A model generated the notes under the pieces. That model saw only the letters and a list, made by a program, of their open reading frames with translations. It had not been told where the DNA came from and searched no databases. Shown here piece after piece: positions 1-8,985 of a stretch of 64,000 bases of DNA. Source of the stretch: Calditrichia bacterium (lineage in GTDB: Bacteria; Calditrichota; Calditrichia; JAJRVZ01). The DNA is taken from contig CAVZSQ010000003.1 of assembly GCA_963777955.1 (NCBI GenBank), positions 64,001 to 128,000 on the forward strand, written 5' to 3'. The stretch's first letter is position 1, and every line of letters begins with the position of its first letter. The translations under genes were made by a program, and so were the position numbers.

Positions 1-1221
1 TCTGAACATGAAACCGTCAAACATTTCCTTGGCGTTATTTTCACCCAGGATATCGATCCGGAATTACTGGATGACCTGAATCCCCTGTCGGAAATCAAAT
101 TGGATTTCGGAGATTATAAGGAACCTATATATTTATCATTTAAGTTCAGGAGGGTGGATGCTGATCCGGCCGCAGCCAAAGAACTTATTGTGACGGTGCG
201 GGACATCAGCGAGCAGGTTGTGCTGGAACAAAAATTGCGGGCATCCGAAGAGGAATCGCAACGGCAAATGGATTGGCTGTTATGTATTCTGCACGTTGAA
301 CCGTCTTTGCTGCAGGAATTTATCTCGACAGCCCAGCAGGAAATTGATCATATAGCGGTCACTCTGGAGCGGGGTAGAAAATCAGCAAGTATAAATTTTA
401 CGGAGCTGTTAACCCAGGTATACCGCTCCATGCATCTGTTAAAAGGTAATGCCAGCCTGCTGGCCATCAAGTTTTTTGCCGATCAGGCTCATCAGTTTGA
501 ATCCAAAATATCGGAATTACAGCAAAACCAGAAACTGAAAAACGAAGATCTGATACCGCTTAAAGACGAACTGGAAAAGATCAAGATAATGCTGAACGAG
601 GTGAATAAATTAATCGATAAAATCAGCCAGATTCATAACTACATGCGGCCCAAACGCGAGCATGAACTTAAGATGCTGATGCAGTCGTTAAATAACCTGG
701 TTTTAAGATCAGTTCATGAAACGGGCAAGAAAATACATCTCAATACGGATAAATTTGAAGGGAATATCATCCCCCATCAGTATAAATTGCTGTTGAAGGA
801 GATCCTGATCCAACTGATTCGTAATTCCATTGCTCATGGCATCGAAGATCCTGAAGAACGGTTGCGGCTGAACAAGCCGGAGGCAGGAACCATTGAAATA
901 TCTACTGTAAAAAGGGATGATCAATTCTGCCTGATTGTCCGTGATGATGGCCGTGGAATACAGCTGGACAAATTAAAACAGGCTGTACAAAAATCAGGCA
1001 AATGGACCGAAACAGAAATAAACAACTGGAGTGATAAAGAGATCGCTCAAACCATTTTTCTTTCAGGCGTAACAACATCCGCTCAGGCAGATATGTTGTC
1101 GGGCCGCGGGATCGGGCTGGATGCCATTAAGGAAAAGATTGAGAAACACCAGGGGAAAATCGAACTGGATTATGAAACAGGAAAATATTGTAAATTTGAA
1201 GTGTGTTTGAAATTAAACTAG
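1..1221 (+). CDS. CheA-like (class III-type) histidine kinase, C-terminal part: PAS-like region + HPt + HATPase_c; 5' end lies outside the window
   Basis: Frame is open from base 1. HPt motif YRSMHLLKGNA..AHQFE, N-box QLIRNSIAHGIE, DDGRG, G2 box SGRGIGLD. No CheW domain at the C-terminus. Clear paralog of the cytoplasmic half of 31757-35800. Confidence 0.85.
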   Translation, partial: SEHETVKHFLGVIFTQDIDPELLDDLNPLSEIKLDFGDYKEPIYLSFKFRRVDADPAAAKELIVTVRDISEQVVLEQKLRASEEESQRQMDWLLCILHVEPSLLQEFISTAQQEIDHIAVTLERGRKSASINFTELLTQVYRSMHLLKGNASLLAIKFFADQAHQFESKISELQQNQKLKNEDLIPLKDELEKIKIMLNEVNKLIDKISQIHNYMRPKREHELKMLMQSLNNLVLRSVHETGKKIHLNTDKFEGNIIPHQYKLLLKEILIQLIRNSIAHGIEDPEERLRLNKPEAGTIEISTVKRDDQFCLIVRDDGRGIQLDKLKQAVQKSGKWTETEINNWSDKEIAQTIFLSGVTTSAQADMLSGRGIGLDAIKEKIEKHQGKIELDYETGKYCKFEVCLKLN

Positions 1222-1251
1222 AATAACCCTTTCCCGGCCAGCTCATTTTTT

Positions 1252-1280
1252 TTGACAATTATCCAAATGTTTATTATACT
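1252..1280 (+). promoter_or_regulatory. sigma70-type promoter for the SSS-GH5-GH94 operon
   Basis: TTGACA (1252-1257), 17 bp spacer, TATACT (1275-1280); GAGGGAG RBS before ATG 1360. Confidence 0.75.
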
Positions 1281-1359
1281 TCTCGGCACCGTCTCAAATT
1301 AAAATACAGATTAATACAGGTCTTCGACACTTTCCAATGGAATTATGAGGGAGTAATTC

Positions 1360-3183
1360 ATGAAACTGGGTTTAATCGATATTGGCATTATTTTCTGTTA
1401 TCTGATTATTACGATTATCATCGGCATTATGCTAACCCGCAAGGCCTCCAAGGGTCTTGATTCCTATTTTCTGGCTGATAAAGGATTACCTTACTGGATT
1501 CTGGGCGTATCAAATGCCTCGGGTATGTTTGATATTACCGGCACCATGTGGCTGGTTTATCTGACTTTTGTATACGGACTTAAAGGTATCTGGATCCCCT
1601 GGTTATGGCCGGTATTCAATCAAATTTTTCTAATGGTTTATATGTCCAAATGGATGCGGCGCTCGAATGTGCTCACAGGGGCTGAGTGGATCAACACCCG
1701 TTTTGGTCTGGGTAAGGGGGCCGTTCTGGCTCATATCAGTGTGGTGGTATTTGCCCTGGTGAGTGTAATCGGATTTATAGCCTACGATTTTGCCGGTATA
1801 GGTAAATTTGCAGCACTGTTTCTACCCTGGGAGATATCACCGGATACTTATGCTATGATCCTGATGCTGGTCACAGCGGTTTATGTCGTGGCCGGGGGTA
1901 TGTACAGTGTGGTGGTAACCGAAATACTGCAATTTGTGGTAATGACAGTGTCCTGTGTCGGTGTGGCGATAGTGGCGATGTCTGAAACCACAACTGCACA
2001 AATCGCGGCAGCAGTGCCAGCCGGCTGGAAGGATGTTTTTTTTGGCTGGCATCTCAACCTGGACTGGTCCGGTTTAATCCAGGCAGTCAATACAAAAATT
2101 GGCGAGGACGGTTATAACCTGTTCACGATATTTTTTATGCTGATCCTGTTCAAAGGTATCCTGGTCAGCATGGCCGGCCCGGCACCGAATTACGACATGC
2201 AGCGCGTGCTGGCTACCCGGAATTCAAAAGATGCCTCAAAAATGAGTTGGTTTGTCTCAATCTGTTTATTCCCCACCCGCTACCTGATGATCACCGGATT
2301 TGCCGTAATGGCCCTGGTGTTCTACAGTTCCCAGTTGAATGCCATGGGCAGCGGCCTGGATTTCGAACAGATTCTCCCGTACACTCTTTCTAATTTCATA
2401 CCGGTCGGATTGCTGGGACTGGTTCTGGCCGGACTGCTGGCTGCTTTTATGTCTACTTTCGCCGCCACGGTTAATGCCGCTCCGGCCTATGTGGTAAATG
2501 ATATTTATAAACGATATATTAATCCGAACGCTCAGAAACGTACCCTGATCATAATGAGTTATTTCGTTTCTTTTGCCTTCGTGATCATAGGAATTTTCTT
2601 CGGTTTGCACGCCAGGGATATCAACGAGGTCACGCAGTGGATCGTTTCTGCGCTGTGGGGCGGATATACCGCGGCCAATATCCTGAAATGGTACTGGTGG
2701 CGGTTTAACGGCTACGGCTACTTCTGGGGCATGGCTACCGGTATTGCTTCCGCGCTGATCCTGTCAAAATTCCCGTTCCTTTATGTCTGGATATTCCCCG
2801 GGATTGTCAAAAACCTGTATGCCTTATATTCATTCCCGGTGATCCTGGTACTTTCAACACTGGGCTGCCTGCTGGGCACCTTCCTCTCCAAGCCGGAAGA
2901 GGATGATATCCTGATAAAATTTTACAGGCAGGTAAGACCGTGGGGATTTTGGAAACCAATCCATGCCAAAGTTTTACAACAGGAACCCGGCTTCAAGACG
3001 GATGCCAATTTCAAGTTAGACATGTTTAATGTCATTGTCGGTATTATCTGGCAGACTTCGCTGATCGTAATTCCTGTATATATTGTGCTGCGTGAAGGAT
3101 TACCGTTTGTGGAAGCTATGGTCATCCTGGTGATCACGACGCTGATTCTGAAGAAAACCTGGTGGAATAAACTGAGCGAATGA
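1360..3183 (+). CDS. Sodium:solute symporter (SSS family), probable sugar/cellobiose importer
   Basis: About 14 TM segments; SSS motifs YFLA..GLP.W, GGM.SVV.TE, QR.LA, GLLAAFMST. Substrate inferred from GH5/GH94 neighbours. Confidence 0.9.
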   Translation: MKLGLIDIGIIFCYLIITIIIGIMLTRKASKGLDSYFLADKGLPYWILGVSNASGMFDITGTMWLVYLTFVYGLKGIWIPWLWPVFNQIFLMVYMSKWMRRSNVLTGAEWINTRFGLGKGAVLAHISVVVFALVSVIGFIAYDFAGIGKFAALFLPWEISPDTYAMILMLVTAVYVVAGGMYSVVVTEILQFVVMTVSCVGVAIVAMSETTTAQIAAAVPAGWKDVFFGWHLNLDWSGLIQAVNTKIGEDGYNLFTIFFMLILFKGILVSMAGPAPNYDMQRVLATRNSKDASKMSWFVSICLFPTRYLMITGFAVMALVFYSSQLNAMGSGLDFEQILPYTLSNFIPVGLLGLVLAGLLAAFMSTFAATVNAAPAYVVNDIYKRYINPNAQKRTLIIMSYFVSFAFVIIGIFFGLHARDINEVTQWIVSALWGGYTAANILKWYWWRFNGYGYFWGMATGIASALILSKFPFLYVWIFPGIVKNLYALYSFPVILVLSTLGCLLGTFLSKPEEDDILIKFYRQVRPWGFWKPIHAKVLQQEPGFKTDANFKLDMFNVIVGIIWQTSLIVIPVYIVLREGLPFVEAMVILVITTLILKKTWWNKLSE

Positions 3184-4235
3184 AGTCTGTGAAGTATCTA
3201 GTCTGTAAAAAGATCCTGTGCTTAACTACATTATTAAGCCTGGCTACCGCGCTGCTCATCATATTTTCCTGTTCCAGGACACCGGATCAGCATAAGCAGG
3301 CCACTCAGGATAAAAAAGTCGTCGAAAAATTCGGACAACTGCAGGTTGTTGGAAATCAGATTGTCGATCAGCAGGGTAATCCGGTCATGTTACGCGGCAT
3401 GAGTTTGTTCTGGAGTCAATGGATGGGGCAATATTATAATTATGATTGCATCAAATGGCTGCGTGATGATTGGAAATGTACGGTCGTACGCGCCCCTGTG
3501 GGTATAGGCAAAGACGGCTATCTGGAAAATCCCGGGCAGGAAATGAAAAAAATCCGTACGGTCATTGAAGCCTGCCTGGACCTTGGTATATATGTAATCG
3601 TGGACTGGCATGATCATTATGCGCCTGATCATCGCCGGGAAGCGACTATTTTTTTTGAGACGATAGCCTCAGCATATGGCCAGGCGCCCAATATCATATA
3701 TGAAATCTATAATGAACCCGAAAAGGTATCATGGCTTGATGTGGTGAAACCATATGCCGATAGCGTCATACAGAAAATCCGGGCCATTGATGCTGATAAT
3801 CTGATCCTGGTGGGAACCCCGTTCTGGTCCCAGGATGTTGATGTGGCTTCCCTTAATCCGGTTCAGTTTAAAAATATAGCCTATACTCTGCATTATTATG
3901 CCACCACCCACCGGCAACCCATCAGGGCTAAAGCAAGTGTAGCTTTGAATAATGGTGCGGCACTTTTTGTCAGTGAATTCGGTACCTGCGAACATACCGG
4001 TAGCGGAGTGATTGACCGGCAGGAGCTGGCAGCCTGGTTCGCTTTTATGGAGCAGCATAAGATCAGTTGGTGCAACTGGTCGATCGCCGACAAAAATGAA
4101 ACTTCAGCCGCCCTGAAAAGCGGAGCCAATGCTGATGGTGGCTGGCCGGATAGCGAGCTGAGCGAATCCGGTATGCTGATCAGGGATAAAATACGAACAG
4201 GAAATCAAACCGTTTTTTCTGCGTCAGGCAATTAA
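3180..4235 (+). CDS. GH5 (subfamily 2-like) endoglucanase, probable lipoprotein
   Basis: LRGMSLFWS, VIVDWH, acid/base YEIYNEP, YTLHYY, nucleophile FVSEFG, SWCNWS; hydrophobic N-terminus ending IIFSC. Confidence 0.92.
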   Translation: MKSVKYLVCKKILCLTTLLSLATALLIIFSCSRTPDQHKQATQDKKVVEKFGQLQVVGNQIVDQQGNPVMLRGMSLFWSQWMGQYYNYDCIKWLRDDWKCTVVRAPVGIGKDGYLENPGQEMKKIRTVIEACLDLGIYVIVDWHDHYAPDHRREATIFFETIASAYGQAPNIIYEIYNEPEKVSWLDVVKPYADSVIQKIRAIDADNLILVGTPFWSQDVDVASLNPVQFKNIAYTLHYYATTHRQPIRAKASVALNNGAALFVSEFGTCEHTGSGVIDRQELAAWFAFMEQHKISWCNWSIADKNETSAALKSGANADGGWPDSELSESGMLIRDKIRTGNQTVFSASGN

Positions 4236-4288
4236 AACCTCAGGCAAAAAAATCTAATCGAAAAGAAAAAAAGTAATAGGGTGATTTT

Positions 4289-6727
4289 ATGAAATATGGA
4301 TATTTTGATGATGAGCAAAAAGAATATGTAATTACCCGTCCGGATACGCCGCTGCCCTGGATCAATTATCTGGGGACTGAAGAATTTTATGGCCTGATTT
4401 CCAATACAGCCGGCGGATATTGTTTTTATCAGGATTCCCGCATGCGCCGCTTAACCCGTTACCGCTACAACAATATTCCCATGGACAGCAATGGCAGGTA
4501 TCTGTATATCAAGGACGGTGATTCAATCTGGAATCCGATGTGGAAACCGATGCGCGTGGCTCTGGACCGCTACGAATGCCGGCATGGTCTGGGCTATACC
4601 CGTATAACCGGACAGAAGAATGAACTGGAGGTTTCTATATTATACTTTATTCCGCTGGAATCCAGGAATGAAATCTGGCAGGTGCAGTTGCGAAATCTTT
4701 CGAAATCTGTGAAAAAGATCAGATTGTGGAGTTTTATCGAATGGTGCCTGTGGGAAGCATATGATGATATGACTAATTTCCAGAGAAATTATTCCACTGG
4801 ACAGGTGGAGATAGAAAATGGCACTATCTTCCATATAACCGAATACCGGGAACGCCGGAATCATTATGCTTATTTTACCTGCAGTGAAAAACTGTCGGGA
4901 TTCGACAGCAGTCGCGATGCTTTTGTGGGTGTACACCAGGGTCTGGATGCACCCCAGGCTGTTTTACAGGGCAGTTGCCGGAACAGTATAGCCTATGGCT
5001 GGCTACCCCTGGCTGTCCAACAAGTCGATTTCAACCTTGAGCCTGGTGCAGCGACGCAACTCAATTTTTTGTTGGGCTATGCTGAAAATCCGGCGGATAA
5101 AAAATTTCTGGATAACGGGAAAATCAGGAAAGATGAATTTGAATCTGTAAAAAAGAAATATCTGAAAACTGCCGCCGTACAGGAATCTTTTGCTGCTCAT
5201 AAAAAATATTGGGATAATTTATTATCAACCTTTCAGGTTCACACCCCGGATATCATTATCAATCGCATGGCAAATATCTGGAATCAGTATCAATGCAAGA
5301 TCACATTTAATATGTCGCGTTCGACTTCATTATATGAATCCGGCATAGGACGGGGTATGGGTTACCGTGACAGCAATCAGGATATACTCGGATTTGTACA
5401 TATGATTCCGTCGCGGGCCCGCCAGCGTCTATTGGACCTGGCCGCCACGCAACTGGCCGATGGTACATGTTTTCATCAGTACCAGCCGCTCACTAAAAAA
5501 GGTAATGCGGATATCGGGGGCGGATTTAATGATGATCCCTTATGGTTGATCCTGGCTGTGGCGGCATATATCAAGGAAACGGGTGATGAAAGTATCCTGA
5601 ATGAAAAAACCGGTTTTGCCGATGCCCAGAATTCCCAGGCGACTTTGTTAGATCATCTGTACCTGTCGTTACAATATACCCTGGATCACCGTGGACCGCA
5701 TGGTTTACCGTTAATCGGGCATGCCGACTGGAACGATTGCCTTAATCTGAATTGTTTCTCCACCACGCCGGGGGAGAGTTTTCAATTGGCCGGACATATT
5801 GAAAATGATAAAGTTGCTGAATCAGTCATGATTGCCGGTTTATTCTGCAATGCCTGCGCGGAGATGGCCGGTATCCTGCGGCATATTGACAAAACCAAAC
5901 AAGCCCAGGAATATATTAAACATGCAGACGATATGCGCCAGACTATTTATAAACATGGTTGGGATGGCGAGTGGTTTTTGCGCGCTTATGATTCATACAG
6001 CAAAAAACTTGGATCGAAAGAAAACAAGGAGGGTAAGATTTTTATCGAAAGCCAGGGCTGGTGCATTATGGGGGCAGCCGGGCTGGAAAATGGCTATGCC
6101 CTGAAAGCGTTGGACAGTGTGCATAAGCATCTGGCCACGGCAAACGGTATAATTTTACAACAGCCGGCTTTTCACAGTTATCATGTTCACCTGGGCGAAG
6201 TCAGTTCTTATCCGCCCGGTTACAAAGAAAATGCCGGTATCTTCACGCATAACAATACCTGGATCCAGATTGCCGAAACCATTGCCGGCAGGGGGGACCG
6301 GGCCATGGAATATTACATGAGTATTTGTCCGCCGACCAAGGAAGAACAAATTGATATTTACCGTTCAGAGCCGTACGTCTACAGTCAGATGACTGCCGGT
6401 CCGGATGCGCCGACACCGGGTGAAGGGAAAAACTCCTGGCTGAGCGGTACGGCTGCCTGGTCTTTTGTCGTACTTTCCCAGTATATTCTGGGCATCTGCC
6501 CCGATTTTGACGGATTGATCGTCAATCCCTGTATACCCACTTCATGGCAAAAATGCACGGTAGTACGAAAATTCAGAGGCAGTACTTACAGGATAACGAT
6601 CAATAATCCAGCGCGGGTTAGCAAGGGTGTAAAGAATATGAAGGTGGATGGAAAAGCCTTCGGCGGCAATAAGGTACCGGTTTTTAAAGATCAAAAAGAA
6701 CATTCGGTCGAAGTTGAACTCGGTTAG
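4289..6727 (+). CDS. cbpA: GH94 cellobiose phosphorylase
   Basis: MKYGYFDD..EYVI..P.TP.PWINYLG start, GRGMGYRDSNQD, catalytic ADWNDCLNLNCFS..PGESFQ, GYKENAGIFTHNN, NSWLSGTAAW. The CLNLNCFS insert matches cellobiose phosphorylases. Confidence 0.88.
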   Translation: MKYGYFDDEQKEYVITRPDTPLPWINYLGTEEFYGLISNTAGGYCFYQDSRMRRLTRYRYNNIPMDSNGRYLYIKDGDSIWNPMWKPMRVALDRYECRHGLGYTRITGQKNELEVSILYFIPLESRNEIWQVQLRNLSKSVKKIRLWSFIEWCLWEAYDDMTNFQRNYSTGQVEIENGTIFHITEYRERRNHYAYFTCSEKLSGFDSSRDAFVGVHQGLDAPQAVLQGSCRNSIAYGWLPLAVQQVDFNLEPGAATQLNFLLGYAENPADKKFLDNGKIRKDEFESVKKKYLKTAAVQESFAAHKKYWDNLLSTFQVHTPDIIINRMANIWNQYQCKITFNMSRSTSLYESGIGRGMGYRDSNQDILGFVHMIPSRARQRLLDLAATQLADGTCFHQYQPLTKKGNADIGGGFNDDPLWLILAVAAYIKETGDESILNEKTGFADAQNSQATLLDHLYLSLQYTLDHRGPHGLPLIGHADWNDCLNLNCFSTTPGESFQLAGHIENDKVAESVMIAGLFCNACAEMAGILRHIDKTKQAQEYIKHADDMRQTIYKHGWDGEWFLRAYDSYSKKLGSKENKEGKIFIESQGWCIMGAAGLENGYALKALDSVHKHLATANGIILQQPAFHSYHVHLGEVSSYPPGYKENAGIFTHNNTWIQIAETIAGRGDRAMEYYMSICPPTKEEQIDIYRSEPYVYSQMTAGPDAPTPGEGKNSWLSGTAAWSFVVLSQYILGICPDFDGLIVNPCIPTSWQKCTVVRKFRGSTYRITINNPARVSKGVKNMKVDGKAFGGNKVPVFKDQKEHSVEVELG

Positions 6728-8636
6728 ATGAAGAATATAAAAAAGAAGAAAACTACCGCGACCAAACCATCGCCGGTTTTATCCCAGCAGAAAAAACTGA
6801 TTTTCTGGATTATAACTGTTTCCATACCGGTATTGCTGCTGCTGCTGCTGGAAGCATTTTTGCAGATTTTTAATTATGGCGGCGATTTAGATCTATTTAT
6901 TGAGGGTCCGCCCGGTTATGAAAATTACCTGCGTTGTAATCCCAATGTAGCCCGCCGTTATTTTTTTGTACAAACTGATCTGCCTACACCGCCCAAACAA
7001 TTATTCCTGAAACAGAAACCGGCCGACGGGTATCGTATATTCGTCCTGGGGGAATCTTCGGCGGCAGGATTCCCTTATAGTACCAATGTTTCTTTCCCTA
7101 ACGTTTTACAACGCGGCCTGGCCAATACTTTTCCAGGAAAGAATATTGAGGTTGTCAATATAGCCATGTCGGCAATCAACAGTTATGCCCTGTTGGATCT
7201 GCTGGATGAGATTTTTGAGCAATCCCCCGATGCGCTGTGTATCTATACCGGTCATAATGAATATTATGGCGCGCTGGGAGTGGGATCGGTTCAATCGATA
7301 GGTAATTGGCCATGGTTAATCCGGACTTTTCTCGATTTTCAATCCATTAAAACTGTACTGTTGCTGCGGGATTGTATCGGCTGGTTCAAAATAAAATTCA
7401 GCAAAATATTTTTTAAAGGGAGTGAGATTGATCCCTCGGCTACATTGATGGAGAGAATCGTAACGGAACAGACCATTCCTTTAGGTAGCCCGCTGTACGA
7501 GGCCGGTAAACGGCAGTTCGAGCAGAATATGGAAACGATTATTAAAAAGGCAGCGGACCGTGACGTAGCGGTGCTAATAAGTGAGTTAATCAGTAATCTG
7601 CGCGACCAGGAACCATTTGTTTCGGTGGAGGATAAAGAAGGTCGCTCAGCCATGTCTTTGTTCAAACAAGCCCGCCAGTTCGAATCAGCTAATGAATTTA
7701 ATAAAGCTAAAACATATTATGCACAGGCCAGGGATCTGGATGCACTGCGTTTTCGTGCTCCCGCAGAATTTAATATAATCATCCGAAAACTGGTTGATAA
7801 GTATGCTCAGGTCTTAGTCCCCGCCGTTTCATATTTTGAAAAGTCCTCTCCTAATGGATTGATCGGTAATACACTTATCCTGGAGCATGTCCATCCCAAC
7901 AAAGCCGGTTATTTTTTATTGGCCCGGGCTTTTTATGAAACCATGCAGCAGCAGCGGATGATCGGGACGGACTGGGCGTATGATGGTCTGGCGCAGGAAT
8001 GGGACCAGGGTATAACCGGTCTGGATAGTGTCTATGCGCAGTTGGTCATCCGGCAATTAAAATCAGGCTGGCCTTTCCAGCCCAAGTCTTTGCCTAATCG
8101 TTTCCTGAAGACGTTCCAGCCCGGGAACCGTCTGGAAGAGATATCTTTTCGCGTTTTACATAGTAAAAATTTCAGCCTGGAATCTGCTCATATGGAATTG
8201 GGTAAATTGTATGAAAAAGAGAATCAGTTGGATCAGGCCCTGGCCGAGTTTCAGGCGCTGATAACATCTATTCCTTATGAAGTCGATTTTTATCAGCAGG
8301 CGGGACTGGTGCTGATTGCCAAAAAAGAGTATCTAAAAGCTTCGCAACTTTTACAGCAATCTTTACTATACCGCGATAATAAATTTGCCAATAAATGGAT
8401 TGGACAAATCGCTTTTATGCAGGGGGATTATGAGGAAGCTTATTACCTATTTACTGAAAGCCGATTTGCAGGATATTCAGGTGTTGTTTAATTTAAGCCG
8501 TGTTTATTATGCCATGGATCAATGGGAAAATGGCGATACATATTATGGGCGTCTAAAAAATCTGGCTCCCCGTTCCGAGTATGCGACATACTTAACCAAA
8601 TTACGTATGGCGATCCAATCGAAACGCGGTTTATAA
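6728..8636 (+). CDS. Membrane-anchored SGNH/GDSL-like hydrolase with C-terminal TPR repeats (one +1 frameshift near 8445)
   Basis: N-terminal TM, block I FVLGESSAAG, block III YTGHNEYY, block V EHVHPN. TPR helices continue in ORF 8385-8636 (ITYLLKA...LFNLSRVY). Confidence 0.75.
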
Positions 8637-8685
8637 ATGTATAATTACACAGAATAATGTATAATTAAACAGAAAAATGTATAAT
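8636..8685 (+). repeat. 20-bp tandem direct repeat, 2.5 copies (AATGTATAATTA[C/A]ACAGAA[T/A])
   Basis: aatgtataattacacagaat (8636-8655), aatgtataattaaacagaaa (8656-8675), aatgtataat (8676-8685). Confidence 0.85.
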
Positions 8686-8758
8686 CTTATCCGGATTTTT
8701 TAGGATTTTTCAGGTTTTTATATTGTTGTCCTGGCCGGTAAAAAAGGTAAGAAAGTAC

Positions 8759-8800
8759 TTGACATAAAGACTAATTATATTTAGAATTACATCGATTCCA
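8759..8800 (+). promoter_or_regulatory. sigma70-type promoter of the TonB-receptor operon with an overlapping candidate LacI-type operator
   Basis: TTGACA (8759-8764), 17 bp, TAGAAT (8782-8787); imperfect palindrome TTACATCGATTCCA (8787-8800) with central CG over the likely start site. Confidence 0.7.
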
Positions 8801-8985
8801 GATAGTTCAATTTAAGTCGTTTTAAAGATGCTAATTAAGGATGCAAGGAGAGCAAAAAGTCATCCTTGTAAAGTGCATAGTATACACTCAAATTATCACT
8901 TGTACCCGAAATATGCATGTGTGGATTGAAAACCAGCAGCGATCATAAGAAGCAAGCATATAATATTTAATGAAGGAGAGACCCT

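Noticed and set aside
8636..8685. Possible CRISPR mini-array
   Set aside because: Units are contiguous 20-mers with no unique spacers, and no cas genes are present.
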